64,000 nt of DNA from contig OW569365.1 in the NCBI GenBank assembly GCA_937625935.1, positions 124,001-188,000 of the forward strand, read 5' to 3'. Of this stretch, positions 11,399-22,641 are shown one piece after another. The DNA is from Tetramitus jugosus (Eukaryota; Protista; Heterolobosea). The translations under genes and the position numbers were made by a program. The notes below the pieces were generated by a model. It saw only the letters and a list, made by a program, of their open reading frames with translations, was not told the origin of the DNA and did no database searches. Positions within the stretch are counted from its first letter, which is position 1, and every line of letters starts with the position of its first letter.

Positions 11399-13683
11399 TT
11401 ATTCTTCTAAGAGGTTATATGATGCCACAATATCATTCGTTAAGCTATAGTCTGAGAGGAACACGGACTGTTGAAAATTTGTAACCTTCTCATGGTTCTT
11501 GTACTCTGGTGTCTTGGACATTCGAACGTATGTATCACTCAAATTTGCAGCAACATCGAAGTACAGTTTAGCGAATGCTTCTTCGAATGATATCTGAATT
11601 TCACTACGTTCTTCCGCAGAGTATCGCTTGATTAACTCCTGTAGTCCTATTCTTGTTTTTGATGGAACATTGACCTCCATGGTGCTTCCCACCTTGATGA
11701 AGGAATTGAATACCTCGCAGATCTCGTCTAGCGAGATCTGATCCTTTTGTTTCAGTTCGAATAAATTAGTCCACAGAAACACGTTTTCCGAGCTAAACTC
11801 GCTTGCACTGTAATCTGCCATTAATTTGTAGGTATATTCGTTTTGCATAATGTTCTCGATCACTGAAGGTGCTTGTTTTCCCTCTGTTCCCGTCCTTTCG
11901 TCTCTTCTGCGTACAATCCGATACAACTCAACCACAACTGCAAACCCTCCTAAAGACTGCCAAAATTGGAAACAAAAATCTAGAACGTAAGTGAACACAT
12001 GAGACACCTTGTACATCCGGTACACAGTGTCGAAGTCTCTCATTGTTAACGTACCAGCCACAATCAGACTGACTGACACTGGGACCACCAAGAACAAAAA
12101 GACTCCTCCACCCACTAGCAGTTCCACTCGATAATACAAGGGATCAGAGAACCAGAAGTACCAGAATAAACCTCTCTGTCTGATCTTTTTTCGATGAAGG
12201 ACCATATCATATATAAATGTAAAGGCAAGGATTGATCCAACAAACACATGTACAAAAGTCAACGATGACGAGAGTTTTCCTTTTGAATCAATATCATAGA
12301 ATGAAACAAATTCAGGAATAATCCAAAAAATGCACAGCGTAGCTATCACACCAAAGCAAAAAGCGGCCAGAAATAGAAGATACTTGGACGTCAAGTATTG
12401 GTAAAGTAAGACGAGATACTTTCCTGATTGCTTCATCTTGAATCGACGGATATTGATCTTGTAAATATTCCTGAACAAAAAGTACCTAAAAATGTGCACT
12501 AAAATCGAGAGAAGTGTTGGTTTCACAGCTGAAAATATCAATAATTATCAAATCTACCATCATAATGATACTTACGAGTATAAAGAATGATCGTGCATGC
12601 AGATAGGCAATAATCAAGAGAAATCATCGATGTGAATACTCTTTGTAATTGATAGCTCTGATTGCTCATATTGTAATGGTTGCGTGTTTTGAGCTCAATC
12701 AACACTGCCGTATACAATGCAATAGTCAAACACTTTGCAATCAGAAAACAAATACTTGTAAAGTATGGAATGCCTAATCTACTTCGAACGAGCAGTCTCT
12801 TTCTCAAGCACAGGAGCAGAACAATTTGCAGAATGGTAAAAATGGCACAACCAACTGCTGATGCAAGTGAAAGAATATACAGAGAAGCTCTGTTCGAATA
12901 ATACTTTGAATTAAATGGAATGATGGTAGCATTCGCATTTTGACACTTGAAGGATGTAGCTTTCGACTCCAACTTCATCTCTGCTTGATAATGAAATTGA
13001 ATACCGGTAAATTGAAGCAAACGACCCACTTTTTGCACAGTTTTTGCCAATGTGCTACCAACGACAACAATCGACAGATCACTTCCCGTTGGTATCTTCT
13101 TCTGAATGTCCAGAACAAAAACACAACTTGCATTGTAAATTGGAAAACAATCCAAGTTGTACTTCAATTTGGACGATTGAAGAGAATAGAGACTATCGTT
13201 AAACGAGGACTTTGTAGGTATGATTGTGGAGTTTAGCTCAAAGATGCGATCATCAAACACACCTGACAATCTCAACCCTGTTTTGAGCACATACACACGG
13301 TCATACTCTATAAAATCCACTGCTGTCTCATTATTTGCTAGATAATGATCATCAACGGCAGCACGACTGTCGTAGCTCAAGAAATTGCGTGGCGCTTGAT
13401 TTTCTTGAGCTTTCGAACTGCCATCACCCGTCGTTGGCGATCGTAGTGGATTGGCGGAATTATTTTTTGGCGCGATTTTGTAGCCAAGGGCCAGCCAACC
13501 TTCTTTCCACGAGAGGTTCTTCACAGTGATTGCCAATCGTTTTGTGTTGCCTTTGCTTCTCATGACGTAAACTTCCATGTTATTGTCCATGTTGACACAT
13601 GATTGTGCATGAACATAATCATGCAAACTGAACAAGAACAACAAGACCAGGAAGAGCAAAGTTGTTGTTCTTTTTTCTCTCAT
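11399..13683 (-). CDS. Signal peptide + extracellular (DOMON-like) domain + multi-pass (7TM-like) region + C-terminal RGS domain; intron 12499..12575
   Basis: Signal peptide MREKRTTTLLFLVLLFLFSLHDYVHA and GWLALG motif. The GTAAGT...TTTTAG intron joins ORFs 12538..13773 and 11399..12541 in frame (CTIILYTLHIFRYF). RGS motifs EFSSENVFLW, FIKVGSTMEVNVPS and NLSDTYVR. Confidence 0.85.
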
Positions 13684-14083
13684 GTTTCTTTTTCTGTTCG
13701 GGACAGGTGACGCTTCGGTGAAATCTATCGCGATAAATTGTTCAGAGGAGGAGCTTTCGACTGAAATTGTCACTCAAAACGATTAGGTCAGTCTGTCAAT
13801 GTGTGAAGTTACAAAGATGTGGAAGGCTTTAACTTCGAAAGTAAGTGGACCATCGTTGTGTGGGCGTGTCAGCCCAACGCAAACAGTGTTTGCACAATCG
13901 ATCATTCGAACGAAGGTACCAAGAAACTCTCCGCCGGCCGACACTGCCGCTTCCTTGCTATCTTTGGATGTCACGTCGGCTTGATGAGTTGTCGGTAAAC
14001 CTTGTGGTGTCGTCATCGTCCCTATGCGCTGCAAAGCGAGAGTATCAACATCCAAAAAAAACCGAATTATCGTGTGAATCATC

Positions 14084-14575
14084 ATGAGAGCTATTACCCT
14101 TATCCTCCTCGTTGCTATTATTGTGTTCATTGGCCTTGCTGCCCTTGGTGATGCCTCCTCTCCTACTGAACCAAAGCTCAAGAAACAATCTCAACCAAGA
14201 AAGCTTGGTGCCTCCATCAGAAAGCTCGTAAAGCACTATGGTCCCGTGCTCGAACAAAAGGCAAAGAATTTGAACAAGAAGGTCAAGAAGGGTGTCTCCT
14301 TGTTGAAGAAGAGAAAGAACCATAACAACAAGATTGCTACCACTGCTACTGCTGCTGTTGGCGCACTTGCTGATTCCAATTTCTGGTTGACTCCTGGCAA
14401 GTACACTTGTTCTCAGTTGAACGTTCAAAACGGTATAGAGTGCACTCAGAGATGCATCAATCAATACAAGGGAAGACAAGTTCATCTCAAGTATTGGTTC
14501 GCTGCCTTCAATGATCCACCTGTTTGCAGAATTTGTTTGAAGCGTATTTGTAACTGCTGTGCCATTCCAATCTAA
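14084..14575 (+). CDS. Small secreted precursor: signal peptide, Lys-rich cationic segment, C-terminal 8-Cys domain (defensin/CS-alpha-beta-like spacing)
   Basis: Hydrophobic N-terminus; RKLGASIRKLVKHYG...KKVKKGVSLLKKRK; Cys pattern C-x10-C-x3-C-x23-C-x2-C-x4-C-x-CC; AATAAA ~55 nt after the stop. Confidence 0.8.
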   Translation: MRAITLILLVAIIVFIGLAALGDASSPTEPKLKKQSQPRKLGASIRKLVKHYGPVLEQKAKNLNKKVKKGVSLLKKRKNHNNKIATTATAAVGALADSNFWLTPGKYTCSQLNVQNGIECTQRCINQYKGRQVHLKYWFAAFNDPPVCRICLKRICNCCAIPI

Positions 14576-14865
14576 TGGAAGTGCGGCACAACATCTGGAT
14601 GTGATAGAGTCGTAACCATGGTTGTGATTGAATAAACATCCATAGCAAATTTCAGCCAATAATTAATCTGATGCTGTTCGCTCTGAATGTTTGAAGAGTG
14701 AACATTCTTTCAAGCTTCCTGGGCCGCAGTTGCTGGTTCATCGGTCAACCACCTTAACAAAGCTGATACTATCCCAAAAAAGTTTCAAGATGAGCCAGAT
14801 GAGCAGTTCCGAAACCATCCAAACTAAGTTTTGTGATTTTATTGGGTACCGTAACATCAAAATCT

Positions 14866-15528
14866 CTATGTCAATCGAGCTTTCTTGGCATTCCTTTCTT
14901 CATTTTCCTTTTGTCTTTCTAGCTCCCATCTCTTTTCTAGTGCTCTTTCTCGGGCATAGTCTGATTGTTGGAACACAGAACATAGCAAGCAATCAAATTT
15001 GTCTCCATTTTCAACACAATTATTTAAATACGAGAGAATATGATGCTTAACAACAGGCAAAGGAATGTTCAACTTGTTGCTCAACACAAAAGCTGCATGC
15101 TTTTGTCTGTACTCGTAGTCATCAGGCGCAGCGGGATCCACTTCAATCAAATATTTATTCCTTCTTCGATCAGTGTGACAGTCAATACATACAAATCCAT
15201 CGGCAATGAGCTTTACATCTCCCCAACCCTCGAAATACTCTGAGAATTCTTGTGAATGAACCGTGTGACCAGTTCTTCCCAAAGTGGCTGATCCATAGGA
15301 AGTGTATTGGCAATTCAGAAAGATGTGTTGTCCACTGCGAACCACAACATCATCGGAATAGCAAAATTGACCGCCTCCACAATTGGCATGATGATCATCG
15401 TCATCATACTCGCTCTCTTCCTTCGCTCTCTTATCGTTCTTTCTATTTTGCTTCTCGTACTGTCGACGTCTTGCACATTGAGAATAGCCACCACCACAAA
15501 TACCACAACGAAATGGAAAACAACCCAT
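14866..15528 (-). CDS. Hypothetical Cys-rich (putative Zn-binding) protein with a C-terminal F-box-like motif
   Basis: Starts MGCFPFRCGICGGG; contains CxxC pairs (CGIC, CIDC, CLLC); LNIPLPVVKHHILSYL resembles an F-box core. Confidence 0.62.
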   Translation of the reverse strand: MGCFPFRCGICGGGYSQCARRRQYEKQNRKNDKRAKEESEYDDDDHHANCGGGQFCYSDDVVVRSGQHIFLNCQYTSYGSATLGRTGHTVHSQEFSEYFEGWGDVKLIADGFVCIDCHTDRRRNKYLIEVDPAAPDDYEYRQKHAAFVLSNKLNIPLPVVKHHILSYLNNCVENGDKFDCLLCSVFQQSDYARERALEKRWELERQKENEERNAKKARLT

Positions 15529-15851
15529 TGCTCCTAATTGATATCTCAAGTTTCTGTTTTTTCCAATAAAAAGCGGAAGGACTTTGCAAATGTGTTGACA
15601 ATTTTTCGGAACTCTGCTAACCAACTGGTACTAACTACCCACGTGGACATTCAAGATTGTTCTTTAAAAAAACGACATTAGCAGCAAGCACGACATTTAG
15701 AAGATTTGAAAAATTTGTCATTTGAATTTCCTTGTTGTCACGCAACCAATTGTCGTGAACCACGAGCCAGAGACCTGTGTTAATCACCATGCTCTCTGTC
15801 CTGGGTGAAACAACTGACAAGTTGACTCAGCTCAGCGTGAATGCACCAGAC

Positions 15852-16862
15852 TCAAATTCTTGGTATCTGGAGCATACTTGGATGTAAAAGTCGAATAGAC
15901 ACCTTCTGAAGACCAATGACTGATATGGCAGGATAGTACACAATATCTCGTGTCGGAATGCCCGTGATAGTGTGAAAATACTCATTGTTCTTAAAGAGAT
16001 GCATGGACGCAGTACTGGAGTTATCACACAAGTTCTTCAAATCAAATTTCATCGCTATCGTGTCACCTGAACTAAACACAAAATTCTGCTCACCCAGAAC
16101 AGATCGAGAGGGATTCAGAGAACGGTTTATGGACACTGTATGTTCTCCCATGTTGTAACCCACACCTTCGCTGCAGCACCCTACAATCTTATCTCGCTCT
16201 TCTTTAGTAAACTCATATGTACTTCTCTCGATTCCGACAAATACTCGATAAGCATTGTAACCTCCATTGTCATGTTCATCCAGAGTGTATTCCCAACAAT
16301 GAACCCTTCCCAACTCAAGTTTTCTGTTGGTTCGGATCGTGTTCCACTTGTGCTTTTTCTCACATAATATTGTCTTGTTATTGTTGTGCATTGTAATGTC
16401 AGTGTCGGGTGTCCTTGTATCAGGTTCCCATTTCATCAAGTTCAATTGAACTCTATTTCTCCACAAGTTCTCCAGAGTTGAGTCTTCACTGACTGTTTCC
16501 ACATCCAAAGACAAGGTTGACAAATCTAATTGGTTCTCTTCAATCTCTTCTTTCTTCGACAGTAGTTCCTGTGCTGCAATGACAGCTTCTTCATCATCAA
16601 TGTTCAACCCGATTTGATTGGCCACCAATTTCCACAGATACCCATCGTTATCAGGGCTCAGCACCAAATATGCACCATGTTGACAACTCAATGACACGTG
16701 ATACAGGTCCTGCAGGCTCAAGAATGTTAAAATGTAGAGCTGCAGGTCACACGACAACAACTCAAAGATGTTGAGAGACAACTCTTCCTTTGTCAGAGAG
16801 ACCTCCAACTCTTCGCTCATTTTATCAGGAGTTACTTGAATCGGTTCTGAACTTTGTGCCAT
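15852..16862 (-). CDS. F-box + SPRY/B30.2 domain protein
   Basis: F-box FELLSCDLQLYILTFLSLQDLYHVSLSC. SPRY motifs RVHCWEY, VFVGI, GDTIAMKFDL, LFKNN and YYPAISV. Confidence 0.82.
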   Translation of the reverse strand: MAQSSEPIQVTPDKMSEELEVSLTKEELSLNIFELLSCDLQLYILTFLSLQDLYHVSLSCQHGAYLVLSPDNDGYLWKLVANQIGLNIDDEEAVIAAQELLSKKEEIEENQLDLSTLSLDVETVSEDSTLENLWRNRVQLNLMKWEPDTRTPDTDITMHNNNKTILCEKKHKWNTIRTNRKLELGRVHCWEYTLDEHDNGGYNAYRVFVGIERSTYEFTKEERDKIVGCCSEGVGYNMGEHTVSINRSLNPSRSVLGEQNFVFSSGDTIAMKFDLKNLCDNSSTASMHLFKNNEYFHTITGIPTRDIVYYPAISVIGLQKVSIRLLHPSMLQIPRI

Positions 16863-16963
16863 TTCTTTTGGTTGTTGTTTGACCAAAGAGTTCAGATAAT
16901 AAAGTTCTCCAATGTTCAATCGGAAGTCGGACATTGTAACAACTTTGATTCACAGGTATTTAT

Positions 16964-17554
16964 TTAGAATGCCTTTACAGCCTGGCACTTGTCTTGGTGG
17001 AAGGAAATGTGTTGTGTCAACAGGTTGAGCTTCAAAGTCAACAATCGAACATCCACATGCATATCAGCCATAAAGCAATTGTTTGGCACAGAAAACTTGA
17101 TATCGGAGAAATCGACACAAAGCTTGAGCACTTCAAAGAATGGATAACACACTTGAGCCAAATCTTCCAAGCTATATTCATGAGTATAGGTATACTTGTT
17201 ATCAACCGTCACTTGCAAAGTCAAAGCAAAGGCCTTGAGATCGACTTGTGCACTCACTGAAGCATCAAACTTGATGCGTTGGTGAACAAAACCGACATTG
17301 ACCTCCTGGTCCACATGAATCAAGCAAGTTTCATTCTTGGTGGCATCATCAAAGTGGCACTTGCCCTGAATTTCACCTAAACGAGCCAATTCATTGAGCA
17401 AAAATTTTCCAGTGTCCATTTGAGACATGGTAAGCAAGGAGGTTTTTTCCTCTTCAACAGCAGAGGTAGAGGCAGCATAGGTAGTAGTACGACCAGTAAA
17501 CAACAGCAAGGTAACTGCTGTGAGCAAGAGAGCAAGGATGACAGTGTGCTTCAT
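16964..17554 (-). CDS. Secreted beta-rich protein with 6 Cys (weak DUF4773-like resemblance)
   Basis: Signal peptide MKHTVILALLLTAVTLLLFTG at ATG 17554; alternating beta-strand pattern; VCYP...KLCVDF...NNCF. Confidence 0.7.
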   Translation of the reverse strand: MKHTVILALLLTAVTLLLFTGRTTTYAASTSAVEEEKTSLLTMSQMDTGKFLLNELARLGEIQGKCHFDDATKNETCLIHVDQEVNVGFVHQRIKFDASVSAQVDLKAFALTLQVTVDNKYTYTHEYSLEDLAQVCYPFFEVLKLCVDFSDIKFSVPNNCFMADMHVDVRLLTLKLNLLTQHISFHQDKCQAVKAF

Positions 17555-17753
17555 AATGGGAGTTCGTTGTACAACGTGTTTTTTCTGCGATACGGCGGAG
17601 AAACTTGTGTTTGAAAGGTTAATTTCATGGATGGACACTGATGTGTGAGATGATTTACAACCGTTGGGTCGGAATCGATGGATTTGTTGTTGTAACATCA
17701 GGGTTCTTTTGTAAGATTTGATCGAGGAGATCTCATTGTATTTTGACTGAGAA

Positions 17754-17774
17754 TTTGAAGGAAGGTCCTTCGAA
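17754..17774. promoter_or_regulatory. Palindromic upstream element of dynamin-like gene 1 (TTTGAAGGA-AGG-TCCTTCGAA)
   Basis: Near-perfect inverted repeat ending 68 bp before ATG 17843; the same motif precedes the two paralogs. Confidence 0.55.
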
Positions 17775-17842
17775 TTGTGTATTGAAAAGGGATTTCAATT
17801 TTTCAGAATACACTCCTCCAGACCACAAACTTCGCCTCCAAA

Positions 17843-19774
17843 ATGGACCTACCAAACGAAAACTTAGTTTCCATTCTCACCGATTGTAGAAAATTCTTGA
17901 CAGAAGAACAACAAAGAAAATTGAAATTGCCATCCATTGTTGTTGTTGGAGCTGAAAGCAATGGCAAGTCTTCTTTGCTTCAGAGAATCATTGGAATGGA
18001 ACTCCTTCCCACCGACATTCATGTGTGCACTCGATGTCCCATTGAAGTATCCATCTTGAACAATACTTCAATTGAGAAAAAATTCAAGTTGTCAATTACT
18101 GAGGTGCATGGAGAGGAGTATGAGCCCATTAAATTCGACAACGATTCAGAGTTCTTTGAGTGTGAAAATGTCCAAGATATCCGAGGTCAAGTCACTTCAA
18201 TCGTATCCATGTTGTCCAACAACAGAATTCAGGAAGGAAGAACACTTCAAGGAACAGGTTTCTCGAACGAACCAATCAAGATTCAAGTGGAATCATCATT
18301 GTTCAAAGAGAGTTTGTCCTTCACTGACCTTCCAGGATACAATAACAGCGAAAAGAAAGTCGAGAAGGCCTTGAAAGAGATTTACAACAAGGTTTTGTCT
18401 GAAGATAAGCACTCAATCGTTCTTTGGGTGCATCAAGCAACTTCTACTCATGGAAGTACAAGCATCAACAGCGAACGATTGTTTCACCTCCTTGGCGAGT
18501 CTTGGAATAATCGAGTTGTTGGTGTACTGACAAAGGTGGATGTAGAGGGTGCTACTGATATTGCCATTGATATGATGACAAAACAAGAGAACGGAATCAC
18601 CTGGTTTGCAGTCATGAACAAAGGTAATTCTCAGAGCGACTCTTTCGATGAAATTGAAGAGATCGAAAGAAGAATGCTTGAAGAAAAATTGAGTTCTCGT
18701 GTGGACAATGAACATCTTGGAATCTCATCTCTGAGGCACCACCTCTCTACAACATTAATTGAGAGAACCAGAGCACTTTTTCAAGGAAACAAGTTCAATC
18801 AATCGATTAAGAACATTCTGACAGAGTGTAACGACTTCTTGGAAAGTGAACCTGAGAAAACTCTCTTTGAACAGAGGTTCTACGAAATTATTGCTGAGTT
18901 GAGAGTAGATTTGAAAGAAGCGTTGTTGAATCCCTCGGATCTAGCTGACAAGCTGGATAATCCCTACGAAGATTTCTCTCTCTTCTTGAAATCTATCGAT
19001 CCATTTGGGAAAGAATCAGTTGATTCTTTCCTTAGAAGGTTTTCTAGAGATATGGCAAGATCTGGAGGCTTAGAAAGGAGTGTCTCTTCGAGTCAAAAAA
19101 TTCCGAGAGAATTTACCCAAAATGTCATAGGGGATATTAAGCTCCGTACTGATTCTTTTCTAGTCCAATTCTTTGGTGAAGCCATGGAAAATGTATCCCA
19201 ATTCATGGAGAAGAGTAGAGTTTTCAAAAGGGAAGATCAGAGATTTGTTGCTCTATTTTGTTCAAAGATGGGATATCAAGTTGAGAGCAACTATGCATTC
19301 AAGCGCTTCCTAAAGCTCAAAGATCAAGTCAATGATTTGTTCAGACACTCACAGTATCTATTCTTTCCACCTGACAGTAATTCTATCTTTGAAAGATATC
19401 AAGAAGCAATTATCAAACCATGGAAAGATAATAGTAGTGATGCCAACAACAGGGAAGTTTTGATCAGTGTCCTATCTTTGGTTCTCAACCACATAGGATC
19501 TTTCATATACTCTCTTATTTCCTACTTGCGGTGTGAAGTTCGGGGCATGTTTATTGATATCGTGGAAGATCTCTCGGGCTGCTACAAACCTTTCATAGCA
19601 GATCTGGCTGGCGTGTATAACAAGAAGAAGGAAGCAGTTTATGATGAATACCAACGGAAGAAACCTTCTATGAAGAAGAAAAAGGAAGACTTGGATGAAC
19701 TAATCAGAAAATACCCCTTTCTCTTCTTTCATCATTCCCAACCTGAAGACGCAGTCGCTGTTCTTGGTTTGTAA
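17843..19774 (+). CDS. Dynamin-superfamily (Mx/DRP-like) large GTPase, tandem copy 1 (643 aa, intronless)
   Basis: LPSIVVVGAESNGKSS (G1), CTRCP (G2), DLPG (G3), LTKVD (G4), WFAVMN, LGISSLR; helical stalk follows. Confidence 0.93.
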   Translation: MDLPNENLVSILTDCRKFLTEEQQRKLKLPSIVVVGAESNGKSSLLQRIIGMELLPTDIHVCTRCPIEVSILNNTSIEKKFKLSITEVHGEEYEPIKFDNDSEFFECENVQDIRGQVTSIVSMLSNNRIQEGRTLQGTGFSNEPIKIQVESSLFKESLSFTDLPGYNNSEKKVEKALKEIYNKVLSEDKHSIVLWVHQATSTHGSTSINSERLFHLLGESWNNRVVGVLTKVDVEGATDIAIDMMTKQENGITWFAVMNKGNSQSDSFDEIEEIERRMLEEKLSSRVDNEHLGISSLRHHLSTTLIERTRALFQGNKFNQSIKNILTECNDFLESEPEKTLFEQRFYEIIAELRVDLKEALLNPSDLADKLDNPYEDFSLFLKSIDPFGKESVDSFLRRFSRDMARSGGLERSVSSSQKIPREFTQNVIGDIKLRTDSFLVQFFGEAMENVSQFMEKSRVFKREDQRFVALFCSKMGYQVESNYAFKRFLKLKDQVNDLFRHSQYLFFPPDSNSIFERYQEAIIKPWKDNSSDANNREVLISVLSLVLNHIGSFIYSLISYLRCEVRGMFIDIVEDLSGCYKPFIADLAGVYNKKKEAVYDEYQRKKPSMKKKKEDLDELIRKYPFLFFHHSQPEDAVAVLGL

Positions 19775-20277
19775 AGTGACGAATCACTAAACCATTATTG
19801 TAAATAAATCGGTTTATCATCGGTGAATCAGCCTTACAATTGTGACAGTTTCTTAATCTTTCATCCCATGTTTCTGAAGGGAACCGTTTCAAAATACGAC
19901 ATCAGCCTCGATCTTCAACTGTTTGCATCTTCAGCTAAACTAGCCCAATGGTTATGCAGATTAATATTCAATGTTCTCTTTCAACCATTCAATCATTGAA
20001 AATATCTAGGAACTATCGCTTGAGGCCTGCTTTGCCGATGGGGATCACACTAACCCTATGCCAGAGAAGAATGGTCGTACCCACAACCGTTGATACCATC
20101 CATTCAAATTATGACAATCCACTAACAGAGGGAGGCACGCAAGGCTAAAATAAACACTACACTTTCTTTGGACTTCTTGGAAGATTCACCTAGTCGAGAA
20201 CATATCGGAGCATAGTTTCAATCAATGATCTTGTAGTTGATCACTGCCGTTTTTGGAGCATTGGACCATGACATTGA

Positions 20278-20294
20278 TTCGAGGTTCCTTCGAA
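20278..20294. promoter_or_regulatory. Palindromic upstream element of dynamin-like gene 2 (TTCGA-GGT-TCCTTCGAA, shortened left arm)
   Basis: The invariant right half-site TCCTTCGAA ends 87 bp before ATG 20382. Confidence 0.5.
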
Positions 20295-20381
20295 ATTTCA
20301 TATAAATTCTGGAGTTCATTGTTGACTCGGCAAAGGCACAACCACAGCAACATAGCACACCAACAACCACAACTTGCCACT

Positions 20382-22352
20382 ATGGACCTACAGAACGAAG
20401 ATTTAGTTTCAATCCTCACCGATTGTCGAAAGTACTTGACAGAAGAACAACAAAGACAATTGAAGTTACCATCCATTGTTGTTGTTGGAGCTGAAAGCAA
20501 TGGCAAGTCTTCTTTGCTTCAGAGAATCATTGGAATGGAGCTGCTCCCTACCAATGCACGTGTGTGCACTCGATGTCCCATTGAAGTATCCATCTTGAAC
20601 AATCCTTCTGTTGAGAACATGTTCAAGCTGTCGATTGTTGAGGTGAAAGGAGATGATCATGTGACCTACCAATTTGACAATGGATCAGAGTTCTTTGAAT
20701 GTGATCGAGTACAAGATATTCAAGATCAAGTAACTACAGTTGTCTCCAAGTTATCTGATAAAAGAATTCAAGAACGAAGAACCTCTCAAAATACTATTTT
20801 CTCTGGCGAACCGATCAAGATTCAAGTGGAGTCATCATTGTTCGAAGTGAGTTTGTCCTTCACTGACCTTCCAGGATACAATAACAGCGAAAAGAGAATC
20901 GAGAAGGCTTTGAAAGAGATTTACAACAAGGTTCTTTCAGAAGATAAGCACTCAATTGTTCTTTGGGTTCATCAAGCAACTTGCACTGACGGAAGCACAA
21001 GCATCAACAGGGAACGATTGAGACATCTTCTTGGCGAAACTTGGCACTCTAGAATAGTGGGAGTGTTGACAAAGGTGGACATGCCAGGGGCATCCGATAT
21101 TGCCATCGATATGATGAGTAATGAAGACAAGAATGACATAACATGGTTCGCGGTGGTAAACAAAGGTCATTCGCCTGACGACTCCTTCCCAGAAATTGAG
21201 AAAGAGGAAAGTAAGATATTGGAAGAAGTTCTGGGAGGACATGTGGACAGCGACTATCTCGGAATCTCCTCTTTGAGACAGCACCTCTCAGCAACATTAA
21301 TTGAGAAAACCAAAGTACTTTTTCAAGGAAACAAGTTCAATCAATCGATCAAGAGACTACTGAAAGAATGCAAGGAGTTCTTAACCAACAAGCCTGAGAA
21401 CATTCTGTTTGAGCACAAATTTTATGAGATCATTGGAGAACTCAAGGCAACATTGAATATTGAATTATTGAGTAACTCAGAACTAGCTGACAATTTGGAT
21501 CGCCCTCACAAAGAATTCTCTCTCTCTTTGAAACAAATTGACCCCTTAGGCGATGAAACTCTTGAATCGTTCTATGAAACTTTCAAAGAGGATAAGGAAC
21601 GTTCTGGAGGTTTAGAAAGGGGCGTTTCTTCCAGTCCCAAACTGCTTCGAGGTTTCACTCAGGGTGTACGAGAAGATATTCAGTTACTCTCAGAAAATTT
21701 TTTAGACCTTTTCTTTGAGAATGCCATGCAAAATCTCTCCAAAGTTATGGGCAATAGTCCAACATTGAGTAAGGAGGACAAAAAGTTTGTTGCCCTATTC
21801 ACTTCAAAACTTGGGTATCAGGGAGAAGAAAACTATGCCTTTCAACAATTTGAAAAACTCAAGGAGCAAGTTGATGATTTGTTCAAACGATCCGGGCATC
21901 TATTCTTCCCCTCTGAGAGCAATTCTATCTTTTCCAAGTACGAAGAAGAAATTATCGATCCCTTCACTGAAGAACTGGATTCTGAGAACTCGACAGATAG
22001 CCTGGCAAGCAGTATCGTTCGTTTGGGAGAGGAGACCAACGGAGAAGCATTCGCGACTGTCCTCTCGTTCGTTCTCAACCATTTAGCTTCGTTGATATAC
22101 TATCTCATTTCAACCTTGCGTTGTTATCTCTATGGAATGATCCTTGAAATTGTGGACAAGCTCGCAGAGTGTTATGCACCTTTCAAAGAAGAGTTGGCTG
22201 CAGTGTACGACAAGAAAAAGAAAGCTGCTTATGAAGACTTTCAGAAGAAGAAACCTTCAGTCCAAAAGAAAAAGGCTGATCTGGAAACATTGATCAAAAA
22301 GTACCCTGATCTCTTCCATCATTTTAGAACAAACGAAGATCAAAAACAGTAA
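20382..22352 (+). CDS. Dynamin-superfamily (Mx/DRP-like) large GTPase, tandem copy 2 (~656 aa, intronless)
   Basis: Same G1-G4 motifs. True start MDLQNEDL at 20382 by alignment to copies 1 and 3. Confidence 0.93.
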   Translation: MDLQNEDLVSILTDCRKYLTEEQQRQLKLPSIVVVGAESNGKSSLLQRIIGMELLPTNARVCTRCPIEVSILNNPSVENMFKLSIVEVKGDDHVTYQFDNGSEFFECDRVQDIQDQVTTVVSKLSDKRIQERRTSQNTIFSGEPIKIQVESSLFEVSLSFTDLPGYNNSEKRIEKALKEIYNKVLSEDKHSIVLWVHQATCTDGSTSINRERLRHLLGETWHSRIVGVLTKVDMPGASDIAIDMMSNEDKNDITWFAVVNKGHSPDDSFPEIEKEESKILEEVLGGHVDSDYLGISSLRQHLSATLIEKTKVLFQGNKFNQSIKRLLKECKEFLTNKPENILFEHKFYEIIGELKATLNIELLSNSELADNLDRPHKEFSLSLKQIDPLGDETLESFYETFKEDKERSGGLERGVSSSPKLLRGFTQGVREDIQLLSENFLDLFFENAMQNLSKVMGNSPTLSKEDKKFVALFTSKLGYQGEENYAFQQFEKLKEQVDDLFKRSGHLFFPSESNSIFSKYEEEIIDPFTEELDSENSTDSLASSIVRLGEETNGEAFATVLSFVLNHLASLIYYLISTLRCYLYGMILEIVDKLAECYAPFKEELAAVYDKKKKAAYEDFQKKKPSVQKKKADLETLIKKYPDLFHHFRTNEDQKQ

Positions 22353-22641
22353 GCTGCTAATTTCTACACACTCACAAACAGTAAAATATCATCATGAAGT
22401 AAAATTCTTGAAGAAATTCATTGAAGCTGTGTTCTCAAATTCTTCAAATCGAGTTCGAACTCCTTGTCTGTAAAGCGTTCAAGTTTCCTGTCAGTTCGAA
22501 TGTTTGATCTACTGTAATCTCGCACGACCAAAAAAATTACTGTCTCGGCCTCTTTCCAACACAAGGTCAAGTTCGTTGAATCAGGAAAGATAAATGAAGT
22601 AATATTTTGTCGGATGTCTCCGCAACGTACAGTATGATTGA

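Noticed and set aside
14045-14659. 204-aa minus-strand ORF overlapping the secreted peptide gene
   Set aside because: Antisense shadow; the plus strand has the ATG, signal peptide and polyadenylation-like signal.
19775-20250. Short ORFs between dynamin copies 1 and 2 (and 22418..22723 between copies 2 and 3)
   Set aside because: Possibly gene relics, but stop-ridden, unlike each other and without recognisable motifs.
20253-20381. 43-aa N-terminal extension of dynamin copy 2 in the ORF track
   Set aside because: Non-ATG start; the paralogs start at the equivalent of ATG 20382; the region holds the upstream palindrome.
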